The notes: a model not told the origin generated them from the sequence alone. DNA of 32,000 nucleotides from Guillardia theta nucleomorph (GCA_000002975.1 AF165818.4:30001-62000); one strand, 5' to 3'; positions 18,469-28,961 are shown, counted from the first letter of the stretch. Translations and numbers: made by a program.

Positions 18469-19062
18469 TTAAAATAATCCAAAAAATTTTTTTTTTTGTT
18501 TATTAATTTCATCACTTTTGATAGGGGTTAATGTTATTGGATCAAGAATAACTGGATTTCCGAATTTCTCTCTCGCATCAATTCTTCTTTTCTCTGCATT
18601 TAGGTTAGCTTCAATTGCAAAATTTTCATTATCTTCTGGATTTTCTAAAACTAATGTTACATAATCTCCAGATCTAATCTTTATTGATTTCAAAACTCTA
18701 TCTAATCCAATACCTCTTGTTGACCAAACTTCATCACCAAATGTTGCTGATACTGCAACAACCACATCACCAATTTTAATATCAAATCCTGATTTTGCAG
18801 CATTTCCAGCGGGATCAATTTTAGCTATACAAACCATACCATCTTCTTTTTCTTCCAGTATTAGACCTAGTGGTTTTTTCAGAATAGCATATCTATCACG
18901 CTGTGTAATAGTTCTTTTAGCTCTATTCTCTCCATCTAAAAATATATTATATTTGTATTCAGATTTGAGTGTATATACTATGGAAAATTTATTTTTTCTA
19001 TTTGCTAAACTGTTTATTGGATTTACTAGATTAAATGAAACTGACGGAACAAAATTTAACAT
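18469..19062 (-). CDS. Plastid-targeted PDZ-domain protein, similar to the MET1 PDZ domain
   Basis: LKKPLGLILEE (carboxylate-binding loop), GNAAKSG, IKIGDVVVAVSATFGDEVW (cf. plant MET1 SAVFGxEIW). The N-terminus MLNFVPS is transit-peptide-like. Confidence 0.75.
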   Translation of the reverse strand: MLNFVPSVSFNLVNPINSLANRKNKFSIVYTLKSEYKYNIFLDGENRAKRTITQRDRYAILKKPLGLILEEKEDGMVCIAKIDPAGNAAKSGFDIKIGDVVVAVSATFGDEVWSTRGIGLDRVLKSIKIRSGDYVTLVLENPEDNENFAIEANLNAEKRRIDAREKFGNPVILDPITLTPIKSDEINKQKKKFFGLF

Positions 19063-19117
19063 AACAGAAGTTTGTGAAAAAAGTTAAAGTCTATAATTTA
19101 CTTATTATTTGTCAAAT

Positions 19118-21754
19118 TCAATTAATTACAGAGTTAATAATGGATATTTTTGAAACTTTATCACCTTCAGTAAGTCTCTGTATTATAATGCCTTTAGAGT
19201 TTTTTTTTTGAACTGCTATATCTGAAATTTTTTGTTTAACTACATTACCATACGATGTACTTATTAATATCTCTTCATTTTCAATACAAAATCTCGAAGA
19301 AATCAAATAATCATTTACATTTTCTCTCAAACTAATTACTTTTATTCCTTTTTTTCCTCTTTTTTGTATTTTTAGCTCTGTAACTTTTATTCTTTTACCA
19401 TATCCCATTTCAGTTAGCAGGATAATAAAATTTGTTATTGCTTGACTAGGTATTATGTCAAAATCAGAGATTATATCATTTGAATCGAGATCAATCGATT
19501 TGATCCCCTTACTGGTTCGACCTGTAGATTTAAGTTCTTTTTGGGATGCATTAAAACGTAATAATTTACCCTTTTTAGTAGAAATAATAACTGAATCATC
19601 ATTATAACATTTTCTTACCCATTTTAAACTGTCATTTTCATCTAAAGTAAGTATTATTAAGCCTCTACTTGATATGTTGTTAAAATTAGAAATAGAAGTT
19701 CTTTTGATTAAACCTTTTTGCGTTAACAAAACTAAAAATTTTTCAGTTTCACAATTTGAAGTTGCTATAATAGATGAAATTTGATTATTTTCCAAACCTT
19801 TTAAAATTGATAAAATCGGTGTTCCTTTACTGTTTCTTTTTGAAATAGGAATTCTACTAACTTTAATTTTATAGGCTATTCCCCCAGATGATATTGCTAT
19901 CAAATCATCTCTATTATTGCATGAAAAAAAATGAGAAATTTCATCACCATCAGATATTATGAGGCCTCTTTTACCTTTTGTTCCCCTAGTTTGAGACTCA
20001 AAAGACTCGAGAAACATTTTTTTAATATAATACTGAGTAATCATTATTACAGATTCATAATTTTCAATAGTTTCTAATTCCTCAATTATATTTTCATTTA
20101 TCGAATTGATTAAAAGGGTTTTACGAGGGAAACCGTAAATTTCTGATATATTTTTTATTTGGTTTTTAATTATACCATCAATTAAAATATTGGAACTTAA
20201 GATACATTTTAATTCATTCAAGCTCGATTTTGTAATCTCAAAATCATTATCTATTTTTTTTGATTCCAATTTAGTCAACCTTCTAAGCTGAAGGTTCAAA
20301 ATAGCTTCAGATTGTTCCTGTGATAGTCCAAATTCCATTAAAATACACTTAGCTTCTAAATTATTTATTGATTTTTTTATCTTTTCAATTGTCAAATCAA
20401 TTTTTTCAAGCGAAATTGAAATTCCTTTTAAAATGTTTTTTTTTTTTAAAATATTTTTTAACTCAAATTTTATATTTTTTCTTATTATTTTTCTGCGAAA
20501 GTGTAAGAACAAAGATAAAATTTCTTTTAAGTTTACTAAAATAGGTTGTTTGTCTACAATACAAAGCATATAGCTACTAAAAGTTATCTGCAATGAGCTT
20601 TTTTTTAGGATAATTTTTACTATTTTTATCGGATCATAGTCTCTTTTTATTTCAATTACAATTCTTATACCTTTTCTATCACTTTCATCTCTAATATCGG
20701 AAATACCTTGTATGATTTTAGAGTTTACCAGATCAGCAAGTTTAGCAATTAGCATAGATTTGTTAATTTGAAAAGGAATTTCGGTAATAATAAGATTATA
20801 CTTAGACACCTTTTTTACACTTTTCGAAAATTCAACATTTATTTTACCTCTCAAAATAATACTAGATATTCCTTTTTCATAAAGATCTTTACATGAATTA
20901 TTTCCAATTATTAATCCTCCAGTTGGAAAATCTGGACAAGGTAAATATTTAATTAGTTCTTGATTTGTTATATTGTAATTATCAATCAATGCAAGGCATG
21001 ATCTAACAATTTCTCCTAAATTGTGAGGTGGAATTGATGTAGCCATGCCTACTGCAATTCCGCTGCTACCATTCAATAATATTGATGGAATCACCGATGG
21101 CATTATCGATGGTTCAATCGAACTACCATCAAAATTATAAACATATTCAACAGTTTTAAAATCTAATTCTTTTAATAATGTATCAACACTCAAGTTACTG
21201 AGTTTACATTCGGTATATCTCATCGCTGCAGGTGGATCATGATCTATAGAACCAAAATTTCCATGTCCAAGAATTAAAACTTTTCTCATAGAAAACTCTT
21301 GTGACATTCTTACTAAGGAATCGTAAACCGCCGTGTCTCCATGAGGATGATATTTTCCTAGAACTTCTCCTACCACTCTAGCACATTTCCTATAAGGTGC
21401 CTCTGGAACTAAATTTAACTCATACATTGCAAACAATATTCTCCTGTGAACAGGTTTTAAACCATCTCTGATATCAGGTAAAGCTCTTCCATAAATTACT
21501 GATAATGCATATTCCATATATGATTTTGCCATTTCATTTTGGAGCTCAGTATTTATAATCCTAGTTTTGTCATTGGTATATTTAACCTTTATAGATCCAT
21601 TATTTTCTGAAGAATAAGACGAGAAAATTAAAAACTTTGAAAATTTTACATTTCTATTAAATTTGTCCACAAAATTTTTGTTTTCTCCTAAGTTAAAAAT
21701 GAAGCCTTTTTTTAGAATACAATTGAAAAGTATTGATTGTACTCTAATCATCAA
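19118..21754 (-). CDS. gyrA: DNA gyrase subunit A, plastid-targeted
   Basis: [24 protein letters not shown], catalytic [28 protein letters not shown], GyrA-box QTRGTKG and beta-pinwheel repeats; about 65 aa presequence. Confidence 0.97.
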   Translation of the reverse strand: MMIRVQSILFNCILKKGFIFNLGENKNFVDKFNRNVKFSKFLIFSSYSSENNGSIKVKYTNDKTRIINTELQNEMAKSYMEYALSVIYGRALPDIRDGLKPVHRRILFAMYELNLVPEAPYRKCARVVGEVLGKYHPHGDTAVYDSLVRMSQEFSMRKVLILGHGNFGSIDHDPPAAMRYTECKLSNLSVDTLLKELDFKTVEYVYNFDGSSIEPSIMPSVIPSILLNGSSGIAVGMATSIPPHNLGEIVRSCLALIDNYNITNQELIKYLPCPDFPTGGLIIGNNSCKDLYEKGISSIILRGKINVEFSKSVKKVSKYNLIITEIPFQINKSMLIAKLADLVNSKIIQGISDIRDESDRKGIRIVIEIKRDYDPIKIVKIILKKSSLQITFSSYMLCIVDKQPILVNLKEILSLFLHFRRKIIRKNIKFELKNILKKKNILKGISISLEKIDLTIEKIKKSINNLEAKCILMEFGLSQEQSEAILNLQLRRLTKLESKKIDNDFEITKSSLNELKCILSSNILIDGIIKNQIKNISEIYGFPRKTLLINSINENIIEELETIENYESVIMITQYYIKKMFLESFESQTRGTKGKRGLIISDGDEISHFFSCNNRDDLIAISSGGIAYKIKVSRIPISKRNSKGTPILSILKGLENNQISSIIATSNCETEKFLVLLTQKGLIKRTSISNFNNISSRGLIILTLDENDSLKWVRKCYNDDSVIISTKKGKLLRFNASQKELKSTGRTSKGIKSIDLDSNDIISDFDIIPSQAITNFIILLTEMGYGKRIKVTELKIQKRGKKGIKVISLRENVNDYLISSRFCIENEEILISTSYGNVVKQKISDIAVQKKNSKGIIIQRLTEGDKVSKISIINSVIN

Positions 21755-21789
21755 TTAATATCAATATTATTTTATAATTAATTTAACAT

Positions 21790-23349
21790 TTATATTATTA
21801 AAAATTCGTCAATTTTAAACATTTGTATTGCGAATTCTATGGAAAGGTTTAACATACTTGTAAAGACTAACAATGGGGAAATTATCCTTGAATCTAATGC
21901 ATTTACTATTTTATTTTTTCTAGCATCAATTCCATAGAATTTTTTTCCATTTTTATGAAATTCTTTTAATTTGGAAATTATCTGTATAGGTTCCATTCCT
22001 GAATTTTCAGACAAAACATACGGAATTGTTTCGATTGTTCTTCTAAAAGATTCTACACACATTACATCAATACCAGTTAGTGTTTTTTGAAACTGATTTA
22101 AGCAAGATGATATTTCAATTTCAACCGTACCTCCGCCTGGAATGAAATACCTTCTTCTTATAATTGACCTCATAACCGATAAAGCATCTATTAAGGAACG
22201 TTCAGCTTCATCAAGCAAAACAGCATTTGAAGCTCTAACCAGGATAGTATTTCTTAGACAATAAGATATTGAAATTTTTTTGAAGAAAATCAAACTTCCA
22301 TCCTCAAAGAATTTTTCTTCGACCAATCTGACTATTCCAAGTTTTTTTTCACTTATAGATTCAATATCAACTATTGGTATGCATCCAAGTGATTCTGAAA
22401 GATAAGAAATTTCATCTCTTTCTACGTCTTTTATTACTAGAATTTTCATGTTGGATAAAATTTCAAGAGCTTCCATACTTATCGATTCTTTCATAATTGA
22501 TTTCTGAATAATAATTAAATTGCAACCTGAACTTTTTATTTTATTACATATGCTAAGAATATGTTTTTTTTCTTCTCTTATTAACTTATCCATTGATGAA
22601 TAACTTCTAAGTATAATAGAATTGTCCAAATCTGTACTTAAATTTGAAATTGAAAATTGTATTATAGCAATTTTAGCATATTCTAATTTAATAGTTCCGT
22701 TAAATTTTTTATAGAAAGTATAATCGGTTACAATACCATTAATTAACTCAATAGAACTTAAGTTTTTTCCAATTTTCTTTATTATTCTAATGTTTTTAAT
22801 ATCAACATCATGAGAATCTTGATTATTCATAATTGATATAATAGAATCCACAGAAATAGGACAAATTGATTTCGAATAAGTAGAAACAAGTTTAGATTCT
22901 AATGCTACATGCACAATATCTTTAAGAAAACTTTTGTTGTTTAAATTAATGTTCATTGACATAATTGCGATAATTTTTTTAGATATTTTTAAAGAATGTT
23001 TGAAACTATTACTTATGTCCATAACTTTAATTCCATTTTTTATCAAAGAAACAGAATTACTTAAAAATTTACCTCCTAATAAAACTACAGAAGTTGTACC
23101 ATCACCAGCTTCAATATCTTGAGTTTTAGATAGATTCACGAGAATTTTTGCAACAGGATGATCAATTTTAATGCTTTTTAGTATCGTGGCACCATCATTA
23201 GTTATTAAATACCCCTTTTCATTCTGAATCATTTTATCCATGCCATGAGGACCAAAACTAGTTTTTATTGAATCTGATAATCCTCCGGCTACAATACAAT
23301 TAGTAAAAAATGTATTGTATTTATTTAACAGTATAGTATCAAATGTCAT
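21790..23349 (-). CDS. tcpD: Chaperonin CCT/TRiC subunit delta
   Basis: TSFGPHGMDKMI, ITNDGATILK, QDIEAGDGTTSVV, plus the delta-type motifs SGCNLIIIQKSI and VIKDVERDEI. Confidence 0.92.
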   Translation of the reverse strand: MTFDTILLNKYNTFFTNCIVAGGLSDSIKTSFGPHGMDKMIQNEKGYLITNDGATILKSIKIDHPVAKILVNLSKTQDIEAGDGTTSVVLLGGKFLSNSVSLIKNGIKVMDISNSFKHSLKISKKIIAIMSMNINLNNKSFLKDIVHVALESKLVSTYSKSICPISVDSIISIMNNQDSHDVDIKNIRIIKKIGKNLSSIELINGIVTDYTFYKKFNGTIKLEYAKIAIIQFSISNLSTDLDNSIILRSYSSMDKLIREEKKHILSICNKIKSSGCNLIIIQKSIMKESISMEALEILSNMKILVIKDVERDEISYLSESLGCIPIVDIESISEKKLGIVRLVEEKFFEDGSLIFFKKISISYCLRNTILVRASNAVLLDEAERSLIDALSVMRSIIRRRYFIPGGGTVEIEISSCLNQFQKTLTGIDVMCVESFRRTIETIPYVLSENSGMEPIQIISKLKEFHKNGKKFYGIDARKNKIVNALDSRIISPLLVFTSMLNLSIEFAIQMFKIDEFLII

Positions 23350-23415
23350 AACTAAACACTATTTTGTTTCGGGTAAAAATATTTATACATATATAATTTA
23401 TTAAATTTAAGGGAA

Positions 23416-26265
23416 TCATAATAACTTTTTTAGTTGCATTTTTATTTCTGGTAAATCATTTTTTAAAAATATTGATAACAATTTACTATAAATGGCTTTT
23501 AGATTTTTATTATTTTGATTATAATGATTTTTTAAATAATTTACTCCTAAACTTGTCAATTCAATACACATTCTTTTTAAGTAAATTAGCAGTAAATCTA
23601 AATTTGAATTTTTTAAAATTTTAACTATATGCCTATGAATTATAATCATAATACCAAAAATTTTTTTTTTTATAAATTTCTTAAATATAAGTTTATTTTC
23701 ATTACTATTTAATCTCAAAAAAGTTAGATTTATTAAATTTAATACATAGAATTTTTCTTTTTTTCTTCCAAGATGTATTATTTCTGTTAAAAGAATCAAA
23801 AAATCTTTAAATAATGATTTTTTAAAAATGCTTAGTATACTACATTTTTTAAGTATTATACTGCTTACGATAAGGAAATTTTTGAAAAAAAATACTCTTA
23901 ATTTTGAATCAAGAGAAAAGGATTTAAATTTTTTAAATCCTAAAATGATTGAATTGAAAATCAGTTTAATTTTGAATGATTTAGATGAGATTATTTTTCT
24001 TAATATGAAAATTAGATAAAGGAAAATACTAAGATCATTCAGAATTTGAAAAAAATTTTTTAATAATATAAATGAAACTCTTTCGAAAAAATTTTTATAA
24101 AAATTGATTTTATTTGAATTTAAAATTTTGATTTTATCATATTTAATTGTTAAAAATAATATTGATATAAAATTTTTCAACAAGATTACCAATAATTCAT
24201 CATAGACTATAGAAGATTTATTGTTAAATAAATCAGATCGAATATTATCAAACTTTATGAATCTGAATTCAATCTCTGAAAAGATTTTTTTTAGCGTTTC
24301 TAATGAATAATCAATATAAGAAGTTTTAAGTATTTTTAATACAACATAATTTTTCAAAATATAAATATTAAGAACTTTGAAATAATTCTTATAAGGATAT
24401 TTATCTATGGTATCAATCAAGATTTTTTCGGGTCTTATATTTATATAAATTTTTTCAATTGATTGTGTTCGAATAGAATAATTTTTTATGTTTTTTATTA
24501 AAATAGAAAAAGATTTTAAAAATAATATATCTTGTCTAAAATCTAGATATTTTTTTTTCTGAGAATATAGATAAACAATTGAATTCAAAAAATTTTGTTC
24601 AATTTCCTCATTCTTTAAAATTTTCATATAACATTTTCTACATATAGAATAAAAAACAAAGCTTATCATATCTCTTATTCCACTGAAAGATTCTTCAATA
24701 AATTCAAAAAGTTTAAGGATTACCGTTTTTAAAAATTTGATGTTGAAATTCAGGAAACGAGGAAAACTACCAATTATAATCATAATGTTAGACACTATAA
24801 TTGCTTTTTTATTTTTATTATTATAATTTTCACAAGAATTTAGTAGTAATTTCAATATATAAACTAAAAATGTCTTCTCTTCTTCCTGTGAAAAACAATT
24901 TACTAAAGATCCTATACACCAACAAATAGATTGAAACACTCTTTTTTCCAAATAGTTTTTATCTATATAATATTTTAGTTTAATGTTTAAAATGTCAATT
25001 AATTCTTTTTTAAAAATCAATTCAAGCTGATTAAAAATATTTTTTTCATAAATATAAACATTAGTAGAAAAGCTTGATTTTGTTATATTGTTAAATAAAA
25101 TGCCTATTTCATCATTTGTAATAGTTATTTCAATAGGTTTAGAAAACTTTGACATTAAAATTGTTGATAAATTGATTAGTATTTTATGAAAGAAAGTCGT
25201 AACAAAATTTTTTTTTATAAAATTATTTTTTAAAATTAAATTCCACCAACTCAAACACCTTAAGTGAACTTCCTTTATAAATACACAAGAAAGATATAAG
25301 ACAACTTGGTTCGTTAAAAGAAAATAACTGTTATATATCAAGTTATGAAATTTTTCTTTGAAATAAATCATTTTGAATATTTCAAGGAGCTCCAACCAAA
25401 TATGAAATTTGAAAGTTATTAAACTTGTTTTCGTTTTAAAATCAGAAAGAAAAAAAATTTCCTGTATCTGTAGTGTTAAGTTATCTATAATATACTTCAA
25501 ATTTTCTGTGTTTCTAATCCATCTTGATTTTATTAATAACTTTATGTAGTCTAAGGAAAAATATTGTAAATCATCTACTTTGTATAAAATAAGTATTGTA
25601 TTCAAAATATTTTTATTGACAAAAACTTTTTTACTTATTCTTAATATTTTTGATGTTATAGAAAAGAATATTTTAATTATTTTTTTATTAAAATAAAATA
25701 AAGATGCACTTTGGTTGAAAATAGAAGATAGTAAGTTTTTAAAAGCTTTTTTACACCTTTTTCCTTGAATTATTTTGAATATTTTAGAATCTTTTCTGGA
25801 AAATTTTTCCAAGATACAATCTACAATAAATAAATAATATTCTGAAAAAAAAAACTTCAAACTATTATCTAGTAAAAACTCAATTATAGAAGTAACAAAA
25901 AAATTTTTCATTTTTATAATTATATTAGATATGGAAATACATATTCTAAATGCCGCCGATTTAGAAATTTTATGATATTTACCAAGATTATGAAATAAAA
26001 TGTTTAAAAGTAAATATTTTTCTTCTTCAGAATTCAAATTTTTTGCAAATCTAATTTTCGAATCCAATAAATTCAAAACAATGAACAATATATTCAAATC
26101 ACTTATTTCAATTAATTTTTCAAAATTTTCCAACGAAAATAAATTTTCAAAATATCTTAATAATTTTTTTTCGACATTTCTTATATGTATATTGGAATTT
26201 GCATTATAGAAATTTTTAATTTCATTTTTAAAAGTATTTAAACATTCACTATTTGAATTATACAT
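23416..26265 (-). CDS. crm1: Exportin-1 (CRM1), divergent
   Basis: CWCIGSL...EEEKTFLVYILKLLLNSCE...KAIIVSNIMIIIGSFPRFL...KFLKTVILKLFEF matches the CRM1 NES-binding HEAT11-12 region. Confidence 0.9.
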   Translation of the reverse strand: MYNSNSECLNTFKNEIKNFYNANSNIHIRNVEKKLLRYFENLFSLENFEKLIEISDLNILFIVLNLLDSKIRFAKNLNSEEEKYLLLNILFHNLGKYHKISKSAAFRICISISNIIIKMKNFFVTSIIEFLLDNSLKFFFSEYYLFIVDCILEKFSRKDSKIFKIIQGKRCKKAFKNLLSSIFNQSASLFYFNKKIIKIFFSITSKILRISKKVFVNKNILNTILILYKVDDLQYFSLDYIKLLIKSRWIRNTENLKYIIDNLTLQIQEIFFLSDFKTKTSLITFKFHIWLELLEIFKMIYFKEKFHNLIYNSYFLLTNQVVLYLSCVFIKEVHLRCLSWWNLILKNNFIKKNFVTTFFHKILINLSTILMSKFSKPIEITITNDEIGILFNNITKSSFSTNVYIYEKNIFNQLELIFKKELIDILNIKLKYYIDKNYLEKRVFQSICWCIGSLVNCFSQEEEKTFLVYILKLLLNSCENYNNKNKKAIIVSNIMIIIGSFPRFLNFNIKFLKTVILKLFEFIEESFSGIRDMISFVFYSICRKCYMKILKNEEIEQNFLNSIVYLYSQKKKYLDFRQDILFLKSFSILIKNIKNYSIRTQSIEKIYINIRPEKILIDTIDKYPYKNYFKVLNIYILKNYVVLKILKTSYIDYSLETLKKIFSEIEFRFIKFDNIRSDLFNNKSSIVYDELLVILLKNFISILFLTIKYDKIKILNSNKINFYKNFFERVSFILLKNFFQILNDLSIFLYLIFILRKIISSKSFKIKLIFNSIILGFKKFKSFSLDSKLRVFFFKNFLIVSSIILKKCSILSIFKKSLFKDFLILLTEIIHLGRKKEKFYVLNLINLTFLRLNSNENKLIFKKFIKKKIFGIMIIIHRHIVKILKNSNLDLLLIYLKRMCIELTSLGVNYLKNHYNQNNKNLKAIYSKLLSIFLKNDLPEIKMQLKKLL

Positions 26266-26308
26266 TTTTTAATTTATCATTAGATGTATTATAATTTAAG
26301 TGTTCTCA

Positions 26309-26959
26309 ATGTGTAAAATTATAAATAATAAATGTAAATTGTACCTTCGACAATGGAAAGAAAAATACGAAGTATTAGACTTATATAGAGAAAATTCAGG
26401 TCATGTTAGTGTGCCCCAACGTTATCGATTTGATTTAGGATTAGGTTCTTGGGTAGGTAGACAAAGAATGAATTTTTCTTTGCAAAAAAACATTGAAATA
26501 AAATATGATTTTTTAAATTTGATTGGGTTTAAGTGGAAACTGACAAACAAAACTTTTTTTACTTTGAATTGGAAAAAAAAATATATAGAATTAAAATATT
26601 TTAAATTGAAATACGGGCATTGTACTGTACCATTTAACAATCAAAATTATAAAAAACTTTCATTCTGGGTCAAAAATCAAAGACAATTATTTAGGAATAA
26701 CAAATTAGGTAATTTAAAAAAATTTCTCCTTGACCAGCTTGGATTCTTGTGGAATGTCAAAAAACCTTCTAAAAGACTATCATGGATAATGCGTTTTAGA
26801 GAACTTACGGTGTATTTTCATGAAAATGGAAATTCTAATGTACCTCAGAGGAGGGGCCCTCTTGGAAAATGGGTACACAGGCAAAGAGAATTACACAAAA
26901 AAAATCATTTAAAAATTGAAAGAAAACATTTGCTTGATTCGATATTATTCAAATGGTAA
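26309..26959 (+). CDS. Stand-alone helicase-associated (HA) repeat protein, three repeats
   Basis: Three copies of W..(Y/F)..L..(Y/F)...G(H/N)..VP....L(G/S).WV..QR....L..(LG)F.W. The ATG is at 26309; the ORF track start at 26300 is a GTG. Confidence 0.85.
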   Translation: MCKIINNKCKLYLRQWKEKYEVLDLYRENSGHVSVPQRYRFDLGLGSWVGRQRMNFSLQKNIEIKYDFLNLIGFKWKLTNKTFFTLNWKKKYIELKYFKLKYGHCTVPFNNQNYKKLSFWVKNQRQLFRNNKLGNLKKFLLDQLGFLWNVKKPSKRLSWIMRFRELTVYFHENGNSNVPQRRGPLGKWVHRQRELHKKNHLKIERKHLLDSILFKW

Positions 26960-27065
26960 ACAATAAAAAGTTGATAATAAAAAATATATTAAATTTTCTA
27001 TAAAATTGTGAATAAGTTTTATATCAGGTTGTTTCGGAAGTAAATTTAATTTAGATATAAAGTCA

Positions 27066-27272
27066 ATGGTTATGAATAGTAAAAATAAAAACGAAAAAAA
27101 AATTAAAAAGAATTTAGAACAATATAACTTAGAAAAAATAGATGATATCAAATTTATAAGGATAAAAAAAAATAATGGGACTGATTTTATAATTAAATGT
27201 CCCGAAACTTTTTTAAACTGTAAAAATAAAAACTTCGTAATTTTCGGGGAAGCTAAGTTAGATGTCAATTAA
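27066..27272 (+). CDS. Nascent polypeptide-associated complex alpha, NAC domain only
   Basis: IKFIRIKKNNGTDFIIKCPETF...NFVIFGEAKLD (cf. NAC-alpha VTIRKSKNILFVIxxPDVF...TYIVFGEAKIED). Confidence 0.8.
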   Translation: MVMNSKNKNEKKIKKNLEQYNLEKIDDIKFIRIKKNNGTDFIIKCPETFLNCKNKNFVIFGEAKLDVN

Positions 27273-27330
27273 ATTTCTCTATAATCTTTTTGGGTGCAAG
27301 TTGTTTGTAAATTATTAAATATAATATTGT

Positions 27331-27420
27331 ATTCTTACGTAGAGGTATTCTTTTCAAGCGATAACTGATGAAAAGAGCTTTTGCATTTTGAAAACTTTAA
27401 TTTAGATAATTTTTTAAAAT
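27331..27420 (+). ncRNA. U4: Candidate miniaturised U4 spliceosomal snRNA
   Basis: The 5' ATTCTTACGTAGAGG resembles the U4/U6 stem II strand. An 8-bp stem TCTTTTCA 27349-27356 / TGAAAAGA 27369-27376 encloses AGC-GA-TAACT-GA (kink-turn/K-loop). TTGCATTTTGAAAACTTT at 27381-27398 resembles human UUGCUAAUUGAAAACUUU. An Sm-like AATTTTTTA lies at 27408-27416. The 3' end is approximate. Confidence 0.7.
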
Positions 27421-28334
27421 CACTTGGAACTATTAATTTTTTTTCCAAAGTACGGTTTTAATATTTGGAAACTGCAAACTAATAGTTTATCCACATTCAT
27501 AACTGCTCCTGCGTTACTGAATTCACCACAGTAATTAGGCGCTGAAAAAATTGTGACTAACATTCTGTTTGAAAAAAATTTATATCCTTTATCAACCACT
27601 TGATGAGCTCTACAAATTAGATCAAAATCAAATTTTTCTATGAATTCTTTGACAATATTATCTCCGTATGTATATGAAATTCCTCTATCACTTAAATTCC
27701 ACCCTTGCTTATCTTCATTTGGATCAGACCAAAGTAGATCACAGAGTAAACCCTTTTCTGGTATTTCTACTGGTCTGGCTATATCTTCGATTTGTTTGAT
27801 AGAATTTAAAAATGGCGATAAGCCTCCGTGTATGCAAAAGATTTTTTTTTCTATAATTGCTGCTAATGGAAGATAATTAAATGTTTCATTTATGATTTTC
27901 CAAATTTTAATATTATATTTTTTTTTACATTCATCATAAAAACCATAAATTCTATTAATTTTAGAAGATTCATGATTTCCACGAAGTATAAATATTTTAG
28001 TTGGATATCTTACCTTAAATGCAAATAATAAAGAAATAACTTCAATTGACTGCTTTCCTCTATCTACATAATCTCCAAGAAAAAGATACTTCTCTGTAGG
28101 AGGATAACCATTAAATTCAAATAACCTTAGTAAATCATAGAACTGCCCATGAATGTCACCACAAATCTTTATAGGAGAATTGAGATAGAGCATAGAATTT
28201 TCATTATTAAAAACCTTTCTAGATAAGTAACACAATTTTCCAATTTCTTTTTCTGTAAGAAAAATATTTTTAATCTTTTTGGATTGTGTAAGTTTTTTTA
28301 TAACTTCTTCCAAGAATTTAGTGTTTTCGTTCAT
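27420..28334 (-). CDS. PP1: Ser/Thr protein phosphatase 1 catalytic subunit
   Basis: [44 protein letters not shown]. Confidence 0.97.
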   Translation of the reverse strand: MNENTKFLEEVIKKLTQSKKIKNIFLTEKEIGKLCYLSRKVFNNENSMLYLNSPIKICGDIHGQFYDLLRLFEFNGYPPTEKYLFLGDYVDRGKQSIEVISLLFAFKVRYPTKIFILRGNHESSKINRIYGFYDECKKKYNIKIWKIINETFNYLPLAAIIEKKIFCIHGGLSPFLNSIKQIEDIARPVEIPEKGLLCDLLWSDPNEDKQGWNLSDRGISYTYGDNIVKEFIEKFDFDLICRAHQVVDKGYKFFSNRMLVTIFSAPNYCGEFSNAGAVMNVDKLLVCSFQILKPYFGKKINSSK

Positions 28335-28409
28335 AAATTTATTCTATAATAATAATTAATTTATACTTTTATAATTTCTATATTTTTTCACAAGTAAATA
28401 GTTTATATA

Positions 28410-28940
28410 ATGATAATTCTTGTCAACAAATTGTGGATAGAAAAAACTAATTGTCAAATTAAAAGTTCATGTTACACAATGGATATTATATATCAAAACT
28501 ATCTATCAATAAATAAATTCAAAAAATTTTTTTCAATAAAGATAATTCAGGAAATATACATATTTAATGAAATAATTTCTTTTTTAAAATTTATTGATAA
28601 TTTTTCATTTAATTCTGGTTTATTTTCTTTTCAATTTAATATATTTAATTTATTTTATAACAAAACTGAAATAGAATTTTCAGAGATTGGAACATTTTAC
28701 GAAACATTTCTTTCACAAAAAAGAAGAAAAAGAAGAAAATTTGCAAATGAGGAAGAAAGAAGAATAGCTAGAATTCTTAAAAACAGGAAGACGGCAGAAG
28801 AATCTAGACAAAGAAGAATTAGGAAAATGAAAATACTTGAAAGTTTCGTTATAATTTCACAGGAAAGAGAAAAAAGACTTAGAAAAGAGCTTTATTTTTT
28901 ATCCAAAAATCTAATGTTTTTCATATCAAAGAAGAATTGA
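28410..28940 (+). CDS. bZIP transcription factor with Hac1-like basic region
   Basis: RRKFANEEERRIARILKNRKTAEESRQRR carries the N-x7-R basic motif, followed by a short zipper (L..x6..S..x6..L). Confidence 0.75.
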   Translation: MIILVNKLWIEKTNCQIKSSCYTMDIIYQNYLSINKFKKFFSIKIIQEIYIFNEIISFLKFIDNFSFNSGLFSFQFNIFNLFYNKTEIEFSEIGTFYETFLSQKRRKRRKFANEEERRIARILKNRKTAEESRQRRIRKMKILESFVIISQEREKRLRKELYFLSKNLMFFISKKN

Positions 28941-28961
28941 AGCCACAATATTTATTAACAA

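Noticed and set aside
23352-23390. 12-codon upstream ORF or possible intron before tcpD
   Set aside because: The donor GTATAA is non-consensus and splicing to either AG does not rebuild an ATG; likely chance.
12285-27876. Short ORFs at 12285, 14592, 15491, 22934, 23828, 26000, 26422, 26945 and 27640
   Set aside because: All lie antisense to better-supported genes (rpb2, H4, MCM-like, tcpD, crm1, HA protein, NAC, PP1).
28840-28961. IRE1-type unconventional intron after the bZIP domain
   Set aside because: No CNGCNG loop motifs or paired hairpins are visible.
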